Shown: in pieces, positions 47,394-59,397 of the stretch
Layout: the number at the start of each line of letters is the position of its first letter
Position numbering within the stretch: the first letter of the stretch is position 1
NCBI RefSeq assembly: GCF_035084215.1
Contig: NC_090369.1
Span: 1,550,001-1,614,000, forward strand
From: Heptranchias perlo
Lineage: Eukaryota
DNA: 64,000 nucleotides
Reading direction: 5' to 3'
Program-made: the position numbers and the translations under genes
Notes under the pieces: model-generated
Seen by the model: only the letters and a program-made list of their open reading frames with translations
The model's database searches: none
What the model was told of the DNA's origin: nothing

Positions 47394-50300
47394 ATGGGGG
47401 GAAATGGGATTAAGGGGAGAGCTCTTTCAGGGAGGGGGTACAGGGGGCAATGGGACTGAGGGGAGAGCTGTTTCAGGGAGAGGGTACAGGGGGCGATGGG
47501 GGGAATGGGGACTGAGGGGAGAGCTCTATCAGGGAGAGGGTACAGGGGCGATGGGGGGAATGGGACTGAGGGGAGAGCTCTATCAGGGAGAGGGTACAGG
47601 GGCGATGGGGGGAATGGGACTGAGGGGAGAGCTGTTTCAGGGAGAGGGTACTGGGGGCGATGGGGGGAATGGGGACTGAGGGGAGAGCTCTATCAGGGAG
47701 AGGGTACAGGGGCGATGGGGGGAATGGGACTGAGGGGAGAGCTCTTTCAGGGAGAGGGTACAGGGGGCGATGGGGGGAATGGGGACTGAGGGGAGAGGGT
47801 ACAGGGGGCGATGGGGGGAATGGGGACTGAGGGGAGAGCTCTATCAGGGAGAGGGTACAGGGGCGAGGGGGGGAATGGGGACTGAGGGGAGAGATCTTTC
47901 GAGGAGAGGGTATAAGGGGAGATGGAGGGAATGTGGACTGTGGGGAGAGCTCTTTCAGGTAGAGGGCAATGGTGGGAATGGGACTGAGGGGAGAGCTCTT
48001 TCTGGGAGAGGGGAGAGGGTACAGGGGGCGATGGGGGGAATGGGGACTGAGGGGAGAGCTCTTGAGGGGAGAGGGTACGGGGGCGATGGGGGGAATGGGA
48101 CTGAGGGGAGAGCTCTTTCAGGGAGAGGGTACAGGGGGCGAGGGGGGGAATGGGGACTGAGGGGAGAGCTCTTTCAGGGAGAGGGCAAAGGGGGCGATGG
48201 GGGGAATGGGGACTGAGGGGAGAGCTCTTTCAGGGAGAGGGTACAGAGGACGATGAGGGGAATGGGGACTGAGGGGAGAGCTCTTTCAGGGAGAGGGTAC
48301 AGGGGGCGATGGGCACTGAGGGGAGAGCTCTTTCAGGGAGGGGGTACAGGGGAATGGGGACTGAGGGGAGAGGGTACAGGGGCGATGGGGGGGAATGGGG
48401 ACTGAGGGGAGAGCTCTTTCAGGGAGGGGGTACAGGGGGCGATGGGGGGAATGGGGACTGAGGGGAGAGCTCTTGAGGGGAGAGGGTACGGGGGCGATGG
48501 GGGGAATGGGACTGAGGGGAGAGCTCTTTCAGGGAGAGGGTACAGGGGGCGAGGGGGGGAATGGGGACTGAGGGGAGAGCACTTTCAGGGAGAGGGCAAA
48601 GGGGGCGATGGGGGGAATGGGGACTGAGGGGAGAGCTCTTTCAGGGAGAGGGTACAGAGGACGATGAGGGGAATGGGGACTGAGGGGAGAGCTCTTTCAG
48701 GGAGAGGGTACAGGGGGCGATGGGCACTGAGGGGAGAGCTCTTTTAGGGAGGGGGTACAGGGGGCAATTGGGTGAATGGGGACTGAGAGGAGAGCTCTTT
48801 CAGGGAGGGGGTACATGGGAATGGGGACTGAGGGGTGAGGGTACAGGGGCGATGGGGGGGAATGGGGACTGAGGGGAGAGCTCTTTCAGGGAGGGGGTAC
48901 AGGGGGCGATGGGGGGAACGGGGACTGAGGGGAGAGGGTACAGGGGGCGATGGGGGGGGATTGGGGACTGAGGGGAGAGCTCTTTCAGGGAGAGGGTACA
49001 GGGGCGATGGGGGGAATGGGGACTGAGGGGAGAGCTCTTTCAGGGAGAGGGTACAGGGGGCGATGGGGGGAATGGGGACTGAGGGGAGAGCTCTTTCAGG
49101 GAGGGGCAAAGGGGGCGATGGGGGGAATGGGGACTGAGGGGAGAGATCTTTGAGGGAGAGAGTACAGGGGGTGATGGGGGGAATGGGACTGAGGGGAGAG
49201 ATCTTTCGAGGAGAGGGTATAGGGGGAGATGGAGGGAATGGGGACTGAGGGGAGAGATCTTTCTGGGAGAGGGGAGAGGGTACAGGGGGCGATGGGGGGA
49301 ATGGGACTGAGGGGAGAGCTCTTGAGGGGAGAGGGTACGGGGGCAATGGGGGGAATGGGACTGAGGGGAGAGCTCTTGAGGGGAGAGGGTATGGGGGCGA
49401 TGGGGGGGGAATAGCGACTGAGGGGAGAGCTCTTTCAGGGAGAGGGTACAGGGGGCGATGGGGGGAATGGGGACTGAGGGGAGAGCTCTTTCAGGGAGAG
49501 GGTACGGGGGTGATGGGGGTGATGGGGACTGAGGGGAGAGCTCTTTCAGGGAGAGGGTACAGGGGGCGATGAGGGGAATGGGGACTGAGGGGAGAGCTCT
49601 TTCAGGGAGAGGGTACAGGGGGCGATGGGGGGAATGGGGACTGAGGGGAGAGGGTACAGGGGGCGATGGGGGGAATGGGGACTGAGGGGAGAGCTCTTTC
49701 AGGGAGAGGGTACAGGGGGCGATGGGGGGAATGGGGACTGAGGGGAGAGGGTACAGGGGGCGATGGGGGGAATGGGGACTGAGGGGAGAGCTCTTTCAGG
49801 GAGAGGGTACGGGGGCGATGGGGGGAATGGGGACTGAGGGGAGAGGGTACAGGGGGCGATGGGGGGAATGGGGACTGAGGGGAGAGCTCTTTCAGGGAGA
49901 GGGTACAGGGGGCGATGGGGGGAATGGGGACTGAGGGGAGAGCTCTTTCAGGGAGGGGCAAAGGGGGCGATGGGGGGAATGGGGACTGAGGGGAGAGATC
50001 TTTCAGGGAGAGAGTACAGGGGGTGATGGGGGGAATGGGACTGAGGGGAGAGATCTTTCGAGGAGAGGGTATAGGGGGAGATGGAGGGAATGGGGACTGA
50101 GGGGAGAGATCTTTCTGGGAGAGGGGAGAGGGTACAGGGGGCGATGGGGGGAATGGGACTGAGGGGAGAGCTCTTGAGGGGAGAGGGTACGGGGGCAATG
50201 GGGGGAATGGGACTGAGGGGAGAGCTCTTGAGGGGAGAGGGTATGGGGGCGATGGGGGGGGAATAGCGACTGAGGGGAGAGCTCTTTCAGGGAGAGGGTA

Positions 50301-50848
50301 CAGGGGGCGATGGGGGGAATGGGGACTGAGGGGAGAGCTCTTTCAGGGAGAGGGTACGGGGGTGATGGGGGGAATGGGGACTGAGGGGAGAGCTCTTTCA
50401 GGGAGAGGGTACAGGGGGCGATGAGGGGAATGGGGACTGAGGGGAGAGCTCTTTCAGGGAGAGGGTACAGGGGGCGATGGGGGGAATGGGGACTGAGGGG
50501 AGAGGGTACAGGGGGCGATGGGGGGAATGGGGACTGAGGGGAGAGCTCTTTCAGGGAGAGGGTACAGGGGGCGATGGGGGGAATGGGGACTGAGGGGAGA
50601 GGGTACAGGGGGCGATGGGGGGAATGGGGACTGAGGGGAGAGGGTACAGGGGGCGATGGGGGGAATGGGGACTGAGGGGAGAGCTCTTTCAGGGAGAGGG
50701 TACAGGGGGCGATGGGGGGAATGGGCACTGAGGGGAGAGGGTACAGCGGGCGATGGGGGGAATGGGGACTGAGGGGAGAGCTCTTTCAGGGAGAGGGTAC
50801 GGGGGCGATGGGGGGAATGGGGATTGAGGGGAGAGCTCTTTCAGGGAT
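47394..50848. repeat. G-rich minisatellite of about 55 bp (GGGGGCGATGGGGGGAATGGGGACTGAGGGGAGAGCTCTTTCAGGGAGAGGGTACA) with shorter variants
   Basis: Visible tandem array. Confidence 0.97.
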
Positions 50849-50919
50849 GGGGCTAAGGGCTGCCCTCCACCACCTTTGCCCTTTGAGCCCGAGGGGGCGG
50901 GGGGGGGGGGGGGGTTTGA

Positions 50920-51242
50920 CCATGTTGCGATTGGCCCCGCCCCCCCCCCCCCCCCGGTCGTTGCCACAGCAACCCTCGGATGATGCGAGGCTCCCGCGCC
51001 AATCAGCGGAATCGAACGAGGGTGGCGCGCGGGCCGAGCGGCAACCGCCGCTCTCCGACGTCACCGTGACACGTGGGGTGTGACGGACCCTCCCATCGCG
51101 ATTCGTCAAGGGCAGCGTCAATCATGCCAAGCGGAGATTTGATTGGTGGATTCGGCTACCAATCAGTCTAGGGCCCGCCCTCTCCCCATGCTGGGTATAA
51201 ATAGTGGGCGGAGCGGCTCAGTTCTCAGTCCCGCTGCCGGTG
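50920..51242 (+). promoter_or_regulatory. EBP: EBP promoter: TATA box, multiple CCAAT boxes, GC box and SRE-like sites
   Basis: TATAAAT at 51196-51202; CCAAT at 50999 and 51159; ATTGG at 50930 and 51142; GTCACCGTGACACGTGGGGTGTGAC at 51060-51084. Confidence 0.7.
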
Positions 51243-51550
51243 ATGGAAGGCTCTGGGTCGGCTGTGGTGGGCGAGGCCCACCCCTACTGGCCGCGGGAGC
51301 TCAGGCTCCCCGGGTACCACAGCAACGACAGGCCCATGTGGAGTATCCTGGCCTTTCTCTTCTCCGTGTCCGGGGCGCTGCTGGCCGGCACCTGGCTGCT
51401 GACGGGCCGGGTTCGGGGGCTGGGCGCCGGCCGCAGGCTCGCCGTCTGCTGGTTCGCCGTCTGCGCCTTCATCCACGGGGTGATCGAGGGCTGGTTCAGC
51501 CTGTACTACCGGCAGATCCCCGGGGGACCAGGCCTTCCTCTCCCAGCTGT
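51243..51550 (+). CDS. EBP: EBP (sterol delta8-delta7 isomerase) coding exon 1, with an apparent +1 G at 51522-51526
   Basis: Encodes [10 protein letters not shown]...[23 protein letters not shown][fs]DQAFLSQL; donor T|gtgagt. Confidence 0.95.
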
Positions 51551-51555
51551 GTGAG

Positions 51556-52030
51556 TGGGGGGGGGGTAGCAAGGGGGGGGCGCCACTGGGGGTAGCAAGG
51601 GGGGCGGGGCGGCCACTGGGGGTAGCAAGGTGGGGGGCCACTGGGGGTAGCAAGGGGGGGGGCCACTGGGGGTAGCAAGGGGGGGGGCCACTGGGGGTAG
51701 CAAGGGGGGGGGAACACTGGGGGTAGCAAGGGGGGGGGGCCACTGGGGGTAGCAAGGGGGGGGGGCCACTGGGGGTAGCAAGGGGGGGGGGGCACTGGGG
51801 GTAGCAAGGGGGGGGGGCCGCTGGGGGTAGCAAGGGGGGGGGCCGCTGGGGGTAGCAAGGGGGGGGGCCGCTGGGGGTAGCAAGGGGGGGGGCCGCTGGG
51901 GGATCAGAGGGGGGGTGGGAAGGGGGCGGCAGAAGTGGGGGTGGGAAGGGGGCAACAGGGGTGGCAGAAGTGGGGGTGGGAAGGGGGCAACAGGGGTGGC
52001 AGAAGTGGGGGTAACAGGGGTTGTGGGGTA
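51556..52030. repeat. G-rich minisatellite of about 27 bp (CCACTGGGGGTAGCAAGGGGGGGGG) and adjacent G-rich repeats
   Basis: Visible. Confidence 0.92.
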
Positions 52031-52410
52031 GCACTGGGGGTCAGAAGGGGGTTGGGGCAGAGAGGAGGCAACTGGGGGTCGGAGGGGGAGAGAAGGTGGG
52101 GAATATTGAGGCTTGAGGGGGACTGTGGGGTTGGATGAGAGGAGACAACTGCGGGGGGAGGCCTGGGGTGAAAATAGGTGGTAACGTGAGGTGGGAATCT
52201 GGGGTGGCAGTAGATTGGGGGGGGGGGGGGGGGTGGGGGAGTTTGGAGTGCTTGGGATGTAGGGGAATACAGGGATTGGGGGGCGATCTGGGTGGAGGGA
52301 GCTTCATTTTGCCGCGTTGGGTTGGCGTGCTGTTGTGAGACGAGCAGTATAACTGCGTCCTGGGTATTTTGAAGTCTGGGTTCAGTTATTCTCCCGTTCT
52401 GTTTCTGCAG

Positions 52411-52447
52411 GGAAGGAGTACGCCAAGGGAGACAGTCGCTATGTCAC
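52411..52447 (+). CDS. EBP: EBP coding exon 2 (37 nt)
   Basis: Encodes (W)KEYAKGDSRYV; boundaries cag and gtgagt. Confidence 0.96.
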
Positions 52448-52739
52448 GTGAGTAACTCGAGCCCCATCGCGCGCCCTGCTTGCGGTGTGGCTCTCCCCGC
52501 AGACAGCAGGAGCAGAGTCTCGCTCTGTCGGCGGAACTGGTCAGTGCGCCGACCTGGTTCGCCGCTGTGCAAAATGGCGTCGAGTCACTGGATCGGCTGC
52601 ATCCAATTCAGTGGGTACCTCCACTCACTGTACAGAATCTGGGATCGAGCCGCCCCCTAATAACGTTCTCTCGGGAAAAGGAGGGGGAGCTGCCCACTCT
52701 GGTGGGAGACTCCTCTTCAAGTCTTGTTTTCCATCCCCC

Positions 52740-53080
52740 TCCCTATCTCTGTAACCTCCTCCAGCCCCTACAACCCTCCCAGATCTCTGCGCTCCTCCAA
52801 TTCCGGCCTCTTGTCCATCCCCCGATTTCCATCGCTCCGCCATTGGAGGCCGTGCCTTCAGCCGCCTCAGCCCTAAGCTCTGGAATTCCCTCCCTAAACC
52901 TCTCCGCTCGCTCTCCTTTTTAAGACACTCCTTAAAACCGACCACTTTGACCAAGCTTTTGGTCGCCTGTCCGCATATCTCCTGATGTGGCTCAGTGTCA
53001 GATTTTTTTTGTCTGATTTACACTCCTGTGAAGTGCCTTGGGGATGTTTCACTATGTTAAAGGTGCTGTATAAATGCAGG
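52740..53080 (+). mobile_element. L2-like LINE 3' end
   Basis: Same family as 26640-26960. Confidence 0.7.
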
Positions 53081-53223
53081 TTGTGGTGTAAGGGGTGAAC
53101 GTGGACCTGGGTGGGCTTCCAGGGCCCCCCCCCCCAAGGACCAGGAGGAGGTGGGGGAAGATTTGGTAATAGTGCCCCAAACCGCTCTTAGTGATTTTTC
53201 TCTCGCACTCTCTCTCTCTGCAG

Positions 53224-53354
53224 TGCCGACAACTTCACCGTGTGCATGGAGACCATCACTGCCTGGACCTGGGGCCCACTGAGCGCCTGGACTGTCGTGG
53301 CCTTCCTGCAGAATAAGCCGTACCGTTTTGTCCTGCAACTCATCGTCTCCCTCG
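53224..53354 (+). CDS. EBP: EBP coding exon 3 (131 nt)
   Basis: Encodes [20 protein letters not shown]...[10 protein letters not shown]. Confidence 0.96.
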
Positions 53355-53480
53355 GTAAGGGCCGGAGGTTTCAGTCAGCACCGGGGTTGATGTTTGCCGC
53401 TCTGACCCTGGACCCGCCTCGGGGAGGAATCTGCAATCTTTCCCATCCGGCTCCAAAGTTACTGCAGGAATGGCAGTCGC

Positions 53481-53938
53481 AGGGAGTGTTTGATGGGACA
53501 GTGTAGAGGGAGCTTTACTCTGTATCTAACCCGTGCTGTACCTGCCCCGGGAGTGTTTGATGGGACAGTGTAGAGGGAGCTTTACTCTGTATCTAACCCT
53601 GTACCTGCCCTGGGAGTGTTTGATGGGACAGTGTCGAGGGAGCTTTACTCTGTATCTAACCCTGTACCTGCCCTGGGAGTGTTTGATGGGACAGTGTCGA
53701 GGGAGCTTTACTCTGTATCTAACACTGTACCTGCCCTGGGAGTGTTTGATGGGACAGTGTCGAGGGAGCTTTACTCTGTATCTAACCCTGTACCTGCCCT
53801 GGGAGTGTTTGATGGGACAGTGTAGAGGGAGCTTTACTCTGTATCTAACCCTGTACCTGCCCTGGGAGTGTTTGATGGGACAGTGTAGAGGGAGCTTTAC
53901 TCTATCTAACCTGTGCTGTACTTGCCCTGGGCTGTGTT
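53481..53938 (+). repeat. 63-bp minisatellite array, about 7 copies, in the last EBP intron
   Basis: Same family as 1-2472. Confidence 0.97.
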
Positions 53939-53961
53939 TAACCATTGTCCTTGCTCTGCAG

Positions 53962-54191
53962 GCCAGCTGTATGGCGATGTGCTCTACTTTTACACTGAAT
54001 ACCGGGACGGTTTCAGCCACAGCGAGCTGGGACACCCCGTCTACTTCTGGTTCTACTTCATCTTCATGAACTCGCTCTGGATCGTCATCCCGGCCGCCCT
54101 GATCCTGGACGCCTGGGCCAACCTCAGCGGGGCGCAGCGAGCAGCCGATCGAGGGGCTCCCTGCCCCAGCGGCAAGTCCAAGACCACGTGA
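53962..54191 (+). CDS. EBP: EBP terminal exon
   Basis: Encodes [13 protein letters not shown]...[20 protein letters not shown] and ends KSKTT*, a KxKxx ER-retrieval motif. AATAAA signals at 55608, 55718 and 55752. Confidence 0.96.
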
Positions 54192-56137
54192 GAGGAGGAC
54201 GGGGCTGGGCCTGCCTCGTCTTCCCTCCTCTTGCAGCCCTGGCGGTATAACGGGCCCCTCGATACCTTGACCAATGGCCATGGTCTGGGCTTGGGCCTTT
54301 GACCCTTGGTTGCCCAACGGAGCCTGTCTTAAGCAAGAAGATGGCTCTCCAGTCACACTTTTGAGGTTAACAACACTGACTCGTTGGGGTGTACTGCGCC
54401 CAGTCTCTCATCGATGCTACCATGGTCAGTGCTCCTCTGAACTCTCCTACGTCTGATCGGCCAGACGTCTGACACACATAAAAATCCATCACTATTGGCA
54501 CCACCGATTCAAACTAACTAACCCACAAAGCTTGCCAAGCTCACGTTACCCATAACTGTTGGGGCATTGACCTGGAGGCTTACTGGAGCCAAGCGGAATG
54601 AATGCAGCCTCCCAGGAGGAGTCTGTTCAGCCTGTTCTGCCATTCAGTTAGATCATGGCTCCATTTGCCCATTGTTGGGTCTACCCCCAAACTCCGATAC
54701 GGGCCGGTCGCTGACGGTGCCTTGTAGTGCTGCAGGCCTGCCTGGCTCTGAACTCTCCTCTCGTGTTCCTGCTAAGCTCCATCTCTCGTCCTACCCTCCT
54801 CGTCCTCCCCTTGCTGTGTGGAGATTAAGGACCCCCCCCCCTTACGTTGTCTCCTACACTCAGTCTTTCTCAGGATCTCCAACACATGGAGCTCTTCTCC
54901 TTCCTCCTACAATCCATATCCCAAGCTTGGCGTCACCTAACCACTACAATGTACCTGTACCCCAGGGTGGCTGCTGCCAGTGAACCTCTGCCCCAGTGGG
55001 ATGCTGGAGGGTGCATGGTGCCTGTGCCCCAGTGGGGTACTGGTAGTATTAGGAAATGAGGGACGGCCAGTGCTGGTGTAGCCGTACCCCATCAAGAGTC
55101 TGAACCTTATTCAGGAGGGATGTAGTACGTAAATCAGTGTCCCCACATTGTAACGTGCAGCTTGAAGGGTACAGTGGGGGTGTGGTGTTTGAATCCTCAT
55201 GTCACTCGCTGTCTGGAATCGGATATTTTTAATGGCCTCTGAAGCTCTGCTGGGAGAATGGGACTAACTGGATTGCTCTTACAAAGAGCTGGCAGGGGTG
55301 TGATGGGCTGAATTCTCTTAATAGAGAATTATTAGCTGTCACTGGGACTGAGATATGTGTAATAATAAAGCTAATTGTTGCTAGACTTGATGTTGGGCTA
55401 TTTGCACAATGTGTAGCAGTGGGAGAACCCACCGTCAGCAGTCAAGCTTTGTATGTGCAGAACCCTCTTGCTTCGGCTAAAGTCTGTTGTAAAACCCAGG
55501 GGACCAATCACCGCATTACAACTCAGATCAGTAAGCCAATGGTATGTGTACTGTATGGAGAACACTATTCAAAACTTTAGTTAGTTTGTTGATGACTGAA
55601 GTGCTGTAATAAAGTTCTCCTAAATTACCATACCACTGCGTGCTGAATCTTTTTATGAGATCTTACAGTTCTTCTGTGCTGTAACCATTCTATGATTTTG
55701 ATATTTTAATTTTATTAAATAAAGGTCTTTGTACTGAATGTATCTAATGTTAATAAATTATACATGCTGACCACAAAAAAACCTCTTGTGCACTGTGCAT
55801 GTGATGACTTGATGGTTAAGGGAGTGTCTCTAAATTCATACATGATTTAATGGGCACACTGACATCTCCTGAATTAAGGGAACTGCTGTAAATGCCCGCT
55901 ATTGTTGCACAACATCCCTCCCACAAACTTCAAGGGGGAGGGTTGATCTAATATTCCATGGTCTCTTGTAGCTAATTTCTGTGGTGAGATTGTCGACTCT
56001 CTCTCGCAGCTGCTCTGTCTGGTTTCTGGGCATGTTAACAATGGTTTACCCACATTTATAAACAGGAAAGCTGTAACTGCAGCAATTTTTAAATAGCAAA
56101 GTGCTGTTTGGTGATATACTCCACAGAGGTGCTGACT

Positions 56138-57387
56138 GGTCCTCCCACCAGCAGGGGGCACTGCCACCACCTGGTGTTTGGTCCTCCCACCAGCAGGGGG
56201 CACTGCCACCACCTGGTGTTCGGTCCTCCCACCAGCAGGGGGCACTGCAACCACCTGGTGTTCGGTCCTCCCACCAGCAGGGGTCGCTGCCACCGCCATG
56301 TGTTCAGTCCTCCCACCGGCAGGGGGCACTGCCACCGCCTGTTGCTCGGTCCTCCCACCAGCAGGGGGCACTGCTACCACCTGGTGTTCAATCCTCCCAC
56401 CAGCAGGGGTCGCGGCCACCGCCTGTTGCTCGGTCCTCTCACCAGCAGGGGGCACTGCTACCACCTGGTGTTCAATCCTCCCACCAGCAGGGGGCACTGT
56501 CACCACTTGGTGTTCGGTCCTCCCACCAGCAGGGGTCGCTGCCACTGCCATGTGTTCAGTCCTCCCACCAGCAGGGGGCACTGCCACCGCCTGTTGCTCG
56601 GTCCTCCCACCAGCAGGGGGCACTGCTACCACCTGGTGTTCAATCCTCCCACCAGCAGGGGTCGCGGCCACCGCCTGTTGCTCGGTCCTCTCACCAGCAG
56701 GGGGCACTGCTACCACCTGGTGTTCAATCCTCCCACCAGCAGGGGGCACTGCCACCACCTGGTGTTCGGTCCTCCCACCAGCAGGGGGCACTGCCACGAC
56801 CTGGTGTTTGGTCCTCCCACCAGCAGGGGGCACTGCCGCCACCTGGTGTTCGGTCCTCCCAACAGCAGGTGGCACTGCCACGACCTGGTGTTCGGTCCTC
56901 CCACCAGCAGGGGACACTGCCACCATCTGGTGTTCGGTCCTCCCACCAGCAGGGGTCGCTGTCCCCGCCTGGTGTTCGGACCTCCCACCAGCAGGGGGCA
57001 CCGCCACCACCTGTTGTTCGGTCCTCCCACCAGCAGGGGGCACCGCCACCACCTGTTGTTTGGTCCTCCCAGCAGCAGGGGGCACCGCCACCACCTGGAG
57101 TTCGGTCCTCCCACCAGCAGGGGGCACCGCCACCACCTGGAGTTCGGTCCTCCCACCAGCAGGGGGCACCGCCACCACCTGGAGTTCGGTCCTCCCACCA
57201 CCTGGAGTTCGGTCCTCCCACCAGCAGGGGGCACCGCCACCACCTGGAGTTCGGTCCTCCCACCACCTGGAGTTCGGTCCTCCCACCAGCAGGGGGCACC
57301 GCCACCAACTGGAGTTCGGTCCTCCCACCAGCAGGGGGCACCGCCACCACCTGGAGTTCGGTCCTCCCACCAGCAGGGGGCACCGCC
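56138..57387 (+). repeat. 42-bp tandem array, about 30 units, most carrying a CTCF consensus (CCACCAGCAGGGGGCAC)
   Basis: Unit GGTCCTCCCACCAGCAGGGGGCACTGCCACCACCTGGTGTTC. Confidence 0.95.
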
Positions 57388-57475
57388 CCCGCCCGGAGCC
57401 GCTGTCTCCCCGTCTCCGCCCCGGCCCCCAGACTGTCTGCTTCGCTGGCTGCGTCTGGCTGTGAGTCGGGTCGAC

Positions 57476-57505
57476 ATGGCTGGGCTGCCGCGGCGTATCG
57501 TTAAG
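57476..57505 (+). CDS. UBE2N: UBE2N/Ubc13-like coding exon 1 (MAGLPRRIVK)
   Basis: Strong Kozak context GACATGG; 9 of 10 residues match recalled UBE2N MAGLPRRIIK; AAG|gtaacg donor after codon 10; CpG-rich context. Later exons are not in the window. Confidence 0.85.
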
Positions 57506-57956
57506 GTAACGGGGCGGGGGTGGAGAGAGAGAGGGAGGGAGGAGACCGCGGCCTCGGGCCTGGGACTCGAGTGGAGGGGGAGAGGCTGCTCACCCGGGGG
57601 GTAGGGCGGGAGGATCGACCCCCTCTTCCAAACCTGGGCCCTGCAGCTCCCAAAGCCTCGGGCTGGGTTTACACTCCAGCCCGGGTAGGAGTTCCCAGCA
57701 CCGGACACATGAGCTGGGTTCCCCCCCCCCCCCATTAATGAAATATTCAGTGTAAATACAGCCCTGGATTTAATCCCAGACAATTCCTGTTTATAAACTC
57801 TGTTTATAATTAAATGCATTCATTAGAAAGTTGTTTTCTTTAATTAGGACACTTTCCCCTCCAATATCTTTTCTCTTTAATCCGTCCCTGCCCCGACCCC
57901 GGATTCCAGGGGGCACTCATTCACCACCCGGATGCCCATCGTGTGTCGGCTGGGAC

Positions 57957-59076
57957 TGTTGGGGTGAACGCGAGCCCAGCACCCCATCTATTGGGGGTGA
58001 ACGCGAGCCCGACATCCCATCTATTGGGGAAACGCGAGCCCGGCATCCCATCTATTGGGGGTGAACGCGAGCCCGACATCCCATCTATTGGGGAAACGCG
58101 AGCCCGGCATCCCATCTATTGGGGAAACGCGAGCCCAGTATCCCATCTGTTGGGGGTGAACGCGAGCCCGACATCCCATCTATTGGGGGTGAACGCGAGC
58201 CCGACATCCCATCTATTGGGGAAACGCGAGCCCGACATCCCATCTATTGGGAAACGCGAGCCCAGTATCCCATCTGTTGGGGGTGAACGCGAGCCCGACA
58301 TCCCATCTATTGGGGGTGAACGCGAGCCCGACATCCCATCTATTGGGGAAACGCGAGCCCGACATCCCATCTATTGGGGAAACGCGAGCCCGACATCCCA
58401 TCTATTGGGGAAACGCGAGCCCGACATCCCATCTATTGGGGAAACGCGAGCCCGGCATCCCATCTATTGGGGGTGAACGCGAGCCCAACATCTCATCTAT
58501 TGGGGGTGAACGCGAGCCCGGCACCCCATCTATTGGGGAAACGCGAGCCCGACATCCCATCTATTGGGGAAACACGAGTCCAGTATCCCATCTGTTGGGG
58601 GTGAACGCGAGCCTGGCATCCCATCTGTTGGGGAAACGCGAGCCCGACATCCCATCTGTTGGGGAAACGCGAGCCCGACATCCCATCTGTTGGGGAAACG
58701 CGAGCCCAGTATCCCATCTGTTGGGGGTGAACGCGAGCCCGGCACCCCATCTGATGGGGGGAAACGCGAGCCCGGCATCCCATCTGTTGGGGAAACGCGA
58801 GCCCGACATCCCATCTATTGGGGAAACGCGAGTCCAGTATCCCATCTGTTGGGGAAACGCGAGCCCAACATCCCATCTATTAGGGAAACGCGAGTCCAGT
58901 ATCCCATCTGTTGGGGGGTGAAAGCGAGCCCGACATCCCATCTGTTGGGGAAACGCGAGCCCAGTATCTCATCTGTTGGGGAAACGCGAGCCCAACATCC
59001 CATCTGTTGGGGGTGAACGCGAGCCCGACATCCCATCTGTTGGGGGAAACGCGAGCCCAACATCCCACCTGTTGGG
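57957..59076. repeat. 31-33-bp minisatellite (GGGGAAACGCGAGCCCGACATCCCATCTATT), about 35 copies
   Basis: Visible. Confidence 0.97.
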
Positions 59077-59397
59077 GAGGAGGGGTCAGACGTGTTGGGG
59101 TCCCCATATCCCACGCACACACTCGTATTCTAACAGGGGGTCCTTGGGTAGTGAGAGTGGTCAGTTTTTCCACCTCACATGCCCAGGGGCACTGAGGCCA
59201 AATGCAAACCCCCACTGCCCATCATCACTGCCCAGGGATCAGCTCAGAACGTTGTGTGGAGACACCGACACGGTCACCATGCCTCAGACTTGTTTGGGTA
59301 ACTGGTCGATAAGAAGTTTTCTTGGGTTTATAGACCTGCACGTTGTGATCCATAATCATGAGATTATAATCACAAATAATATCGTCACTACTGACCC

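Noticed and set aside
51243-54191. EBP as a pseudogene
   Set aside because: There is a single homopolymer indel, while the promoter, splice sites, conserved motifs and ER-retrieval signal are intact; sequencing error is more likely.
55874-57819. ORFs of 370-500 aa across the 42-bp array
   Set aside because: Several frames on both strands are open because the unit lacks stops; there is no codon-position pattern or recognisable domain.
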